The notes under the pieces are model-generated. The model ran no database searches, had not been told where the DNA came from, and worked only from the letters and a program-made list of their open reading frames with translations. Below, in pieces: positions 45,606 through 53,885 of a DNA stretch of 54,436 bases. The stretch spans positions 1 through 54,436 of the forward strand of contig CAYSWS010000004.1 in NCBI GenBank assembly GCA_964434935.1, written 5' to 3'. Within the stretch, counting starts at the first letter, position 1. Every line of letters starts with the position of its first letter. A program made the translations under genes and the position numbers. The DNA is from an uncultured Candidatus Saccharibacteria bacterium. GTDB lineage: Bacteria; Patescibacteriota; WWE3; UBA101185; UBA10185.

Positions 45606-47065
45606 AATCATTGGAAAAATGGCAAATAATCAGTTTTATGTCGCGTATGATAGCCATGGGGTTTGGCATTGTGCAAAGCTTTGCCATTTTAAGGATCTTA
45701 AGTGTAAGCGAATGGGGATTGGTGCAGCTGGTGGTGTCCGTGGGCTCTGCCTTAGGAATTTATCAACATTTGGGTTTGGCCAGCGCTTCCAATAGAGAGA
45801 TCGCCGCGGCAGAGAAAAAAACAGACGTTTTCAAGATCTTCATTACTACCACGTCCATCAGATACATGGTGACCATACCCTTGTCAGTAGGTTTGTTCCT
45901 TTTGTCGCCTAAAATATCGCAAACTTACGGTTTTCCGGAAATATTGGTTCCTTTGAGGATCTTTTCCGCCATTTTGTTCATGCAAGGAGTGCAGGCCATC
46001 TTAAATGCCGTCATCTCGGGCACAAAAAGATTCAAAGAGCTTTTCATTTTCCAGGCAGCTGTGGCTTTGCTCAGCGTGCTCATCTACGTGCCCCTAGTCT
46101 ATAAGTATAAGATCATGGGGTTTTTCTACGCCAACTTCATCCACGAATCTTTAAAATCACTGCTGCTTCTTGTCATAGCCTTCAAGCCTTACCTGGGGAA
46201 ATTGAAATTACCCAGCAAACAAGAATTTATTGTTATCTTTAAGGAACTTTTCTCTTTGGGCATGTCCATTTATATTGTGAAGATCTTGGTCATTAACTGG
46301 GAAAAGGCCGGCACCAACTTGCTGGGATTCACCAAGAACGCGGAACTGGTGGGCATATTTTCTTTTGCCCTACTTTATGCCAAAAAGCTTATGCATGTTT
46401 CCGACTCTGTGACTGATGTGAACCTACCTGTGTTTTCGGATAGATTTGTGAACGATATTGATAGCTTTCGGGATCTCTTTTCACGAAACTTCAACCGAGT
46501 ATTTTCCATGATCATATTCTTTGCCATGTCGGCTGTGTTTTGGGCTTACGAGCTCATAACTATCCTTATAGGCAGCGATAAGTACAATGATGCCTTGCCT
46601 CTGCTCATTCCCATGGTGTTTGCTTTTTTGTTCTTTTCTTTGGCCGATATTGTTAAATCTAGTTTGGCCATTCCGGCCAAGCTGGTGAGGGAGATGATAT
46701 TAAGTTATGTGGTCATGTTCATTTCTACTCTGGGCATCTTTTTAGTGGGAAGAACCATGCTCGGTCCTCTTGAATCCATGGCTTACGCTATGTTTGGCGG
46801 TGCCGCGCTGGGTTTTAGCTTTTTGACGTATTTTATGCAGAGAGAGCTGAAATTATCCATTGTCAGATGGCCGCATGTCCTGGTCCTATTTCAAGCAGCC
46901 ATCATTAGCAGTGCCGGTAATATATCGAATATATATTTAAAACTTGCTACCTATTTGGCTTTTGTCATCTTATACTTCATCTCTTTACTTCTTGGTAAGT
47001 TCACCTCCGTGGAAGAAATCAAAAATGTCTTGTCTCAGGGAACAAAATTTTTGAAAAGAAAATGA
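45602..47065 (+). CDS. Wzx-type (MOP superfamily, Polysacc_synt) flippase
   Basis: 487 aa with about 12-14 TM helices and a typical N-terminus (...MGFGIVQSFAILRILSVSEWG). Confidence 0.7.
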   Translation: MKSLEKWQIISFMSRMIAMGFGIVQSFAILRILSVSEWGLVQLVVSVGSALGIYQHLGLASASNREIAAAEKKTDVFKIFITTTSIRYMVTIPLSVGLFLLSPKISQTYGFPEILVPLRIFSAILFMQGVQAILNAVISGTKRFKELFIFQAAVALLSVLIYVPLVYKYKIMGFFYANFIHESLKSLLLLVIAFKPYLGKLKLPSKQEFIVIFKELFSLGMSIYIVKILVINWEKAGTNLLGFTKNAELVGIFSFALLYAKKLMHVSDSVTDVNLPVFSDRFVNDIDSFRDLFSRNFNRVFSMIIFFAMSAVFWAYELITILIGSDKYNDALPLLIPMVFAFLFFSLADIVKSSLAIPAKLVREMILSYVVMFISTLGIFLVGRTMLGPLESMAYAMFGGAALGFSFLTYFMQRELKLSIVRWPHVLVLFQAAIISSAGNISNIYLKLATYLAFVILYFISLLLGKFTSVEEIKNVLSQGTKFLKRK

Positions 47066-47958
47066 AGAAATTCTGGCTTAAGAACTACAAACTAATATTA
47101 AAGATCGTGGTGAGTTCCGTCCTGCTGACGATCATTTTTTACAGGATCGATAAAGCCAGTTTAGTAGAAAATATCAAACTACTTGATCTAAGATATGCTC
47201 CCTTGATCATTTTGTTGCTCATACTAAATTACGTTGTGGGAGCCTTTAGATGGAAATCACTGCTCATTCATAACAATTCCCATAAGGTCAGTGTGGGTTA
47301 CCTCATAAACTTATATTTCATTGGTGCTTTTTTTAATAATTTTATGCCCACCACCATTGGTGGAGATGTTTACAAGGTGTTCAAGCTGGGTAAGAAAATA
47401 GACAACACAGTAGACTCTTTCTCCGCCACTTTTATGGAAAGATTTACAGGCGTCATCGCCTTAGTGCTCATTTCGGTAGTGAGCCTGGTCAAGCTGCTGG
47501 GATTTTGGGGCTTGCTCCTTTTATTAGGATTTTTTCTGGGTATAGTCGTAAGTTACGTAGTACTAGGTTTGTTGGCGACAAAATTTAACAAATTGAAAAA
47601 GATCTATGATTCCATCACCTTATACAAGAATCACAAAAGAGTACTGGGTTGGGCTTTTGTAACCTCATTTTCCATACAACTGTTTGCCATCTTCACCCAA
47701 TTTTTTATTTTTAAAGCTTTGGGTATGAACTTGCCTCTGACATATTCTTTGTTTGTATTTCCCGTCATTACCCTGGCCAGTTTTTTTATACCTTCTCTCA
47801 ATGGGGTGGGGGTGCAGGATGCCCTGTACATAAGGTTCTTTCTCAGTGTGGGTATAGCGGAGTCGGCCAGCTTGAGCGCTTCGCTCATATACCATTTGTT
47901 CAGGCTGAGTGTAAGTTTGATCGGAGGATTGCTCTATGCTCTGGGCAAAGATGAATAA
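47062..47958 (+). CDS. UPF0104 / LPG-synthase-TM (flippase-like) membrane protein
   Basis: 298 aa with about 8 TM helices and the motif FFNNFMPTTIGGDVYKV typical of the family. Confidence 0.65.
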   Translation: MKKFWLKNYKLILKIVVSSVLLTIIFYRIDKASLVENIKLLDLRYAPLIILLLILNYVVGAFRWKSLLIHNNSHKVSVGYLINLYFIGAFFNNFMPTTIGGDVYKVFKLGKKIDNTVDSFSATFMERFTGVIALVLISVVSLVKLLGFWGLLLLLGFFLGIVVSYVVLGLLATKFNKLKKIYDSITLYKNHKRVLGWAFVTSFSIQLFAIFTQFFIFKALGMNLPLTYSLFVFPVITLASFFIPSLNGVGVQDALYIRFFLSVGIAESASLSASLIYHLFRLSVSLIGGLLYALGKDE

Positions 47959-49513
47959 GAAAAAGGAACTGATACTAATTTTTGTTTTTATTTTTTTCTT
48001 TCTGCTCACCAGGCTGCCTGGTCTTAGCCACGACACCATAAATCCCGATGCCGTCAATTGGCACTTTAGATCAGAACAATTTGTGGTGGGACTTAAATAC
48101 TTCATTTTCGAAAAGACATACCAGCACTACCATCCCGGCGTAACTCTCATGTGGCTGACCGGCATTCCCATTGAGCTTTTCAAGCAGGTCAGCGGTATAA
48201 CCGTTTATGATCAATTCAGTTTTTATGCTTTCCATTTCTTAGCTAAATATTCACTGGTCATTACCCAGTTAGTACTCAGCGTGCTCATCCTTTTTTGGCT
48301 GACAAAGGTGTTGGAATTCAAAAAGGCCTGGCTGACGGTGTTCATTTTTAGCTTCGAACCGTTTTTTATTGGGAACTCACGGCTTTTTCATATGGACATT
48401 ATTTTTGCCTTATTTTTGTTTGCGGCCTTGCTGACCTCCCATCTTTACCTTAAAGAAGAAAAATGGTACTGGTTGGTCCTGGCAGGTATTTTCTGCGGAT
48501 TTTCGTTTCTCACTAGGAGCTTAGGCGTAGGTGTTTATTTGTTCATTCTCTTTGTGGGAGGGGCATTCTTATATTTTAAGAATAGAAACAAAAAGAAACT
48601 TATAAAATTTGCTGTGCTTTTTTCAACGTGTTTCATAGCCACAACTTTTATTCTTTTTCCGGCCTTGTGGGATAAACCGGCGCAGGTACTGACGAACATA
48701 TTCACCGAAGGCGAACGCATAGGTGTGCGCGACGGTCACAACCAAATAGTGTTTGGCAAAAGCACTACAGCTGCCGGTCCTTTATTTTATCCCTTGGTGC
48801 TGCTGATCAAAGTATCTCCTTTTATGATCATTGGCCTGCTGGCTTACCTGGCGGCACTGGTGGAGATTGTTAAGGGAGGCTTGGTAAAAAAAGAGGTCAT
48901 CGTTCTTAAAAAAGAGAAGATCGTGGGACTGCTTTCGTACATGCTTATCTTTTACGCCGGATATTTTTTGGTCATGCTTTTTCCGGCCAAAAAAATAGAT
49001 AGGTATATGCTGGTGCTATACCCCTATTTCGGTTTGGTCAGTGCTTTTGGCTATCTATATCTATATCAAAAACTAAAGACAAAGTTTCACAGGTCTTTGG
49101 GGCTTCTGGTGCTGCTTTTTGTCGCTTTTGCAGTCATACCGGATTGGCAATTCCATCCCTTTCAATTTACTTACGCCAGCCCATTGGTCGGAGGCCCGGC
49201 TTCCGCCAATAATATAGTGGGGCAAAAGTCATTTGGCGTTGGCATTTTCGAAGTTAAAGACATGTTGGAAACAAAGTACGGATCAGCCACCAAGGTTGGT
49301 TTCATCGACACCAAGCCTATAAAAGCCATCTATCCCAATTCCTTAGTGTCAGATATACGTGTGAACGGTGTCAGCGATTACGATGTCCTGGTGCTGGCCA
49401 TAAACGAGGAGCTGCCCGAAAAAGTACTGAAAAGTGAGGTAAAATTTAGTAAAGATTCGTCCATATATATAAACGGATTAGAGTATTGGCGGTTCTATGT
49501 TAAGGAAAAATAG
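47951..49513 (+). CDS. GT-C fold membrane glycosyltransferase (PMT_2/ArnT-like)
   Basis: First loop HDTINPDAVNWHFRS...YHPGVTLMW, about 11 TM helices, and a C-terminal soluble domain of about 100 aa. It is a paralog of the 50974 gene. An alternative ATG lies at 47936. Confidence 0.7.
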   Translation: MNKKKELILIFVFIFFFLLTRLPGLSHDTINPDAVNWHFRSEQFVVGLKYFIFEKTYQHYHPGVTLMWLTGIPIELFKQVSGITVYDQFSFYAFHFLAKYSLVITQLVLSVLILFWLTKVLEFKKAWLTVFIFSFEPFFIGNSRLFHMDIIFALFLFAALLTSHLYLKEEKWYWLVLAGIFCGFSFLTRSLGVGVYLFILFVGGAFLYFKNRNKKKLIKFAVLFSTCFIATTFILFPALWDKPAQVLTNIFTEGERIGVRDGHNQIVFGKSTTAAGPLFYPLVLLIKVSPFMIIGLLAYLAALVEIVKGGLVKKEVIVLKKEKIVGLLSYMLIFYAGYFLVMLFPAKKIDRYMLVLYPYFGLVSAFGYLYLYQKLKTKFHRSLGLLVLLFVAFAVIPDWQFHPFQFTYASPLVGGPASANNIVGQKSFGVGIFEVKDMLETKYGSATKVGFIDTKPIKAIYPNSLVSDIRVNGVSDYDVLVLAINEELPEKVLKSEVKFSKDSSIYINGLEYWRFYVKEK

Positions 49514-50972
49514 CAACTATCTACCATTGATCATAGCTTTGGCTCTGGCCCTGAGGTTGGTGGGCATTACTCATGGATTCCCCTTCATTTTCCACCCTGA
49601 CGAACCCACTATTGTCCGCTCGGCGCTGGCCATAAGGTTCAACCTTAATCCCGGGCATTTTGACTGGCCTCATTTGTACATCTATCTTAATTACCTTGTT
49701 TATATGTTGTTCGATAATCTGAGAAAGCTGGTCACATTTGCCGGTTACAAGGAATATACCTATTTTTCTTTACCATTGTTCTGGGATGATGAGCTGGTCT
49801 TTTATTTTATCACCAGGTCTTTTTCGGCCATCTTGGGAGCGCTGACCGTGGTACCAGTATATCTCACGGCTAAGAAGATATTTGGTAGGAGAGCCGGCTG
49901 GTTATCAGCCTTGGCCTGGGCTGTGATTCCGTTTCATGTTTGGCACTCTCACTATAGTTTGCCTGATGTACCCATGACCTTTTTCTTATCTTGGGCCTTG
50001 TATTTCATCTCCGGCCTGATATTCAGGAAAAAAATGTCCGACTATTTATGGGCAGGCTTTTTTATTGGTTTAGCAGCGTCGACTAAGTATAATGGTGCCC
50101 TCATGATCGGTGGTTTATTGTTGGCTCATTTTATAAGAGTGCTTTCGGAAAGAAATGAAAAACTTTTGGATTTTGACTCTTGGAAATGTCTATTTTTGTC
50201 GGGGTTTATGTCCATAGTTGGATTCATCTTGGGAACGCCGTACGCCGTGCTTGATCACAACACTTTTATTCGTGCAGACAATGCCAGCGGCGCTTTATGG
50301 CAATTTACAAATGTAGGTAAAGTGAGCTTGTTGGAACATCTGAAGCAGTTTTTTACGGTCATGGCAGTAGACTTACCGGAAAACATGGGTTATACCTTTG
50401 TCATAATTTTTATAGCCGCCTTTTTGTATGTCATATTCAGGGCGGTAAAACACAAAAAGTTTTTTCAAGATAAAGATCTGCTTTTTTTCACTTTACTGGG
50501 GCTTGGCTTGATATTTTATGTTGCCGGCTCAGAGAAAACACGGGCACACTACTTCTTTGTGGCTTATCCGGCAGTAATACTGGGCGGTGTGGGCTTTTTA
50601 GCTCAAAGACTGGAGAATATAAAGAGCAGGGTAAAAAACATCATATGGATCATCGTCTTTTCCTTTCCCCTATATTTTTCTATATTGTCGGCTTATTCTT
50701 TTTACCAAACTGACACCAGGGTTATCTTTTATCGATGGATGCTGGACAATAAAAGAGCCATCAATAAAGTATATGTTTTAGATAATGATCTGGCACCCAT
50801 ATTTGAGAAGTTGAACATGAAAGTGCAGTATGAGGATGCCAGTTTCAGAAATTTCGAACCCGGCGCATATGTGGTTGATACAGGAAATGAAAACAAAGTG
50901 GACATAAAGGAGATCCTGCAGATAAAAGGACCTCTGAACAGGGGGCCGGAAATAGATATCTACGCGCCATAA
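49497..50972 (+). CDS. GT-C fold membrane glycosyltransferase (PMT_2/ArnT-like)
   Basis: First-loop FHPDEPTIVRSA motif and a multi-pass membrane protein of 491 aa. It overlaps the previous gene by 17 nt. Confidence 0.7.
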   Translation: MLRKNSNYLPLIIALALALRLVGITHGFPFIFHPDEPTIVRSALAIRFNLNPGHFDWPHLYIYLNYLVYMLFDNLRKLVTFAGYKEYTYFSLPLFWDDELVFYFITRSFSAILGALTVVPVYLTAKKIFGRRAGWLSALAWAVIPFHVWHSHYSLPDVPMTFFLSWALYFISGLIFRKKMSDYLWAGFFIGLAASTKYNGALMIGGLLLAHFIRVLSERNEKLLDFDSWKCLFLSGFMSIVGFILGTPYAVLDHNTFIRADNASGALWQFTNVGKVSLLEHLKQFFTVMAVDLPENMGYTFVIIFIAAFLYVIFRAVKHKKFFQDKDLLFFTLLGLGLIFYVAGSEKTRAHYFFVAYPAVILGGVGFLAQRLENIKSRVKNIIWIIVFSFPLYFSILSAYSFYQTDTRVIFYRWMLDNKRAINKVYVLDNDLAPIFEKLNMKVQYEDASFRNFEPGAYVVDTGNENKVDIKEILQIKGPLNRGPEIDIYAP

Positions 50973-50973
50973 T

Positions 50974-52605
50974 ATGAAATTTATAAAGAGGTACAAATGG
51001 GAAATATTGATATGTCTGTTTGTGGTCCTGGTCAGGGTGCCGGACCTGGGCCACGATATGTTCAATACCGATGTTTGGAAATGGAAATCCCGCAGTTATG
51101 ACTTTAGTACGGGTGTGTTCACGCTAGATCTTGTTAAAACCATTCAGAAATACCATCCCGGGGTGACACTAATGTGGATAGGCACGGCGGGGATAAAGCT
51201 TTTTAATTTCTACCACAAGATAATTTTAGGCGCACCGGCAGCTGACAACCTTATCCAGAATGTATTTGCTCTGCATGTTGTGCAGAAATCCTTGCTAGTG
51301 ATCGTTATAGGTGTGCTGTTAAGCTTTGTTTTTTACCCTCTGAGGAAAATGTTCGGGCAGAGATATGCCTTTTTGGCTGTTTTATTGATATCATTGGAGC
51401 CTTTTTATGTGGCCCTGACGAGGGTTATGCATCTGGAAGGCTTGATGTCGACTTTTATGTTGGCGTCATTTGTTTGGTTCGTGTACTTTTTGCAAAAGGG
51501 TAAACGCCAGGAACTTGTTCTGGCGGCGTTATTTGCCGCCGGAGCTTTTCTGACCAAGACTTCTTCACTTTTTCTCATGCCCTTTTTTGCTCTTGTGCTG
51601 CTTTTGGAGAATTTTCGTAAACAAGGCGAGTTAAAGCAAAGCCTGGTAATCGGAATAAAAATATATTTAAGATGGCTTGGCTTATCTCTGCTCTTTTTTG
51701 TGGTCTTATGGCCGGCTATGTACACCCACGCCCTCATAGCCTTGCAGACTCTCTATAGAGGCATTTTTACTGTCGGGATCGAAGGAGAGCACTCGCAACT
51801 ATTTCTGGGCAGGTGGGTGGAAGATCCGGGACCGCTCTTTTACCAGGTGGTGCTGGCTTTTAGGACCTCATGGTGGGTGGTTTTGGGCTTGGTAGGGATC
51901 TTTTTTACGCATAAAGGTCTGGAAATGGATGAGAAAAAGAGAGATTTCATTACCTACGCTTTACTGTTTAGTATATTTTATGCTCTAGAGCTGTCGATCC
52001 CTACCAAAAAGCTTGATAGATATATACTGCCGTCTTTAGCGGCTCTGGTTCTGGTGGCGGCTTTCTTTTTCGAACAAGCTTTGCTTTTTATGCAGCAAAA
52101 ACTTAAATATGGCAAAGAGTTGTTTGTGATAATACTGGCAGCGCCAATCATCACGACTCTGGTCATTTTGCATCCTTATTATCTTTCTTACTATTCACCC
52201 TTTACCGGAGGTTTGGACAAAGGCATTTACGCCCTTGAGCCCAAATGGATGATAGGTCAGCAGGAGATCGTGGACTTTTTCGAACAAGAGTTGCAAAAGG
52301 GTGAGGTGGAAAAATATCTGCCCGAAGAAAGTCTGGATTCACAGCTAAATAAACCGTCCATTAAAAATAAGCTCACCGTGGCCTTTCAGGAAAAATATTA
52401 CACACAGATCTGGCCTTTCATCGAAGCCATAGGCGGCCGCGCTACCATCAAAGACATAACCATCCACGCTCAAAACTCCAATTATTTTGTTTACCCGGTT
52501 TATGATGACGATTCCTACCTGGAAAATAGGGTCAAGCTGCAATACGTGACAACTGTAAAACTAAGGGGTGTTGATATGTATCATATTTATAAGAAGGTAG
52601 AGTAA
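50974..52605 (+). CDS. GT-C fold membrane glycosyltransferase (PMT_2/ArnT-like)
   Basis: HDMFNTDVWKWKSRS...YHPGVTLMW, shared with the 47951 gene. Multi-pass, with a C-terminal soluble domain. Confidence 0.7.
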   Translation: MKFIKRYKWEILICLFVVLVRVPDLGHDMFNTDVWKWKSRSYDFSTGVFTLDLVKTIQKYHPGVTLMWIGTAGIKLFNFYHKIILGAPAADNLIQNVFALHVVQKSLLVIVIGVLLSFVFYPLRKMFGQRYAFLAVLLISLEPFYVALTRVMHLEGLMSTFMLASFVWFVYFLQKGKRQELVLAALFAAGAFLTKTSSLFLMPFFALVLLLENFRKQGELKQSLVIGIKIYLRWLGLSLLFFVVLWPAMYTHALIALQTLYRGIFTVGIEGEHSQLFLGRWVEDPGPLFYQVVLAFRTSWWVVLGLVGIFFTHKGLEMDEKKRDFITYALLFSIFYALELSIPTKKLDRYILPSLAALVLVAAFFFEQALLFMQQKLKYGKELFVIILAAPIITTLVILHPYYLSYYSPFTGGLDKGIYALEPKWMIGQQEIVDFFEQELQKGEVEKYLPEESLDSQLNKPSIKNKLTVAFQEKYYTQIWPFIEAIGGRATIKDITIHAQNSNYFVYPVYDDDSYLENRVKLQYVTTVKLRGVDMYHIYKKVE

Positions 52606-52609
52606 CAAA

Positions 52610-53884
52610 ATGAAGGAGCTCATTACCAAAACATTAAAAGACGAAAACATTGTTAATACAGCCCTGGTGACCGCAGGTCTTATGGTCAACAGCGTTTTTA
52701 GTTATCTATTGCAGCTTTTTCTGGCTAGGAATCTTACTGTGGCTGATTTCGGAACTTACAACGCAATTTTATCGCTCTTTGCTATCCTAAGCGTTACTGT
52801 GACCGTTATGTCTGTTTCTTTGGTTAAAGTAGTGGCTGAACTTTCGGGACAAAAAAACCATGGCAAACTTACCAAGCTTTTTTGGAGAGTGAGCGCCTTT
52901 TATGTAATAGTTGGGTTTTTAATAACCTGCACTTTATATCTGGCAAGAAACTACCTGGCGAGTTATATGAATATTGAGCAACCGATACTTTACCTTTACC
53001 TAGGGTTTTACATCTTTGCCGGTCTCATCAGCGTAGGTCCCCAGGCATTTATGCAAGGCTTGATGAAATTTCGCTCCTTTGCTTTTTTTGCTTCTAGCAT
53101 GGGTTTACTGCGGTTAGTTTTTCCTGTGGTTTTTGTCTTGTTAGGGTACCGCGTAGGGGGAGCATATACCGGTATGGCTTTAGGGATGTTTTCCACCTTT
53201 TGGCTGGGTTTGTGGCTTTTAAGAAAGAGCCTTTCCGGCTGGGAGAAGGGAGAGCCGCTAGCTGAATACAAAAGGATCATTATTCTCACCCTACCGGTTT
53301 TGCTACTTAATCTATGCATGATGACTCTTAATAATGTCGATGTCATTCTGGTGAAGAGATATTTTGATGCTGTTACGGCAGGGTATTATGCCGGGGTAGT
53401 TATTCTAGGAAAGATCATTTTATTTGGTGCGGGCTCAATAACCATTGTCATGTTCCCTCAGATCTCTAATTTGGTGGCTGAGGGCAAGGATCATCTGCAG
53501 AGACTCCTGTTTTTCTTTAGGATCCTGTTACTCATTCTCCTTGCTGCCATCCTCTCCTTTAGTTTACTGCCTAATGTTGTGGCCAAGGTATTTTTTGGGC
53601 AGCAGCTGCTCGCCTCTGCACGATACCTCCCATGGTACGCGGTTTTTGTGGCAATTTATGTCCTTATCAACTTTTTAATGATGTATTTTATCGCCATAAA
53701 CAAAACCAGGATCTCTCTCATCCTTGTGCCGGCAGTGATCTCCCAGTTCGTTGTCATAAACTTGTTTCACAGTAGTATATTTTCGATAATTTACACAAAC
53801 ATCTCAATTGCTTTAATAATTCTTGTAACCTTGAGCATTTACTTGTATAAAATATCTAACAACACTGCCCGCCAAAATCTATAA
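52610..53884 (+). CDS. Wzx-type oligosaccharide/polysaccharide flippase
   Basis: 424 aa with about 12 TM helices and the N-terminus ...NSVFSYLLQLFLARNLTVADFG typical of the Polysacc_synt family. Confidence 0.7.
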   Translation: MKELITKTLKDENIVNTALVTAGLMVNSVFSYLLQLFLARNLTVADFGTYNAILSLFAILSVTVTVMSVSLVKVVAELSGQKNHGKLTKLFWRVSAFYVIVGFLITCTLYLARNYLASYMNIEQPILYLYLGFYIFAGLISVGPQAFMQGLMKFRSFAFFASSMGLLRLVFPVVFVLLGYRVGGAYTGMALGMFSTFWLGLWLLRKSLSGWEKGEPLAEYKRIIILTLPVLLLNLCMMTLNNVDVILVKRYFDAVTAGYYAGVVILGKIILFGAGSITIVMFPQISNLVAEGKDHLQRLLFFFRILLLILLAAILSFSLLPNVVAKVFFGQQLLASARYLPWYAVFVAIYVLINFLMMYFIAINKTRISLILVPAVISQFVVINLFHSSIFSIIYTNISIALIILVTLSIYLYKISNNTARQNL

Positions 53885-53885
53885 C

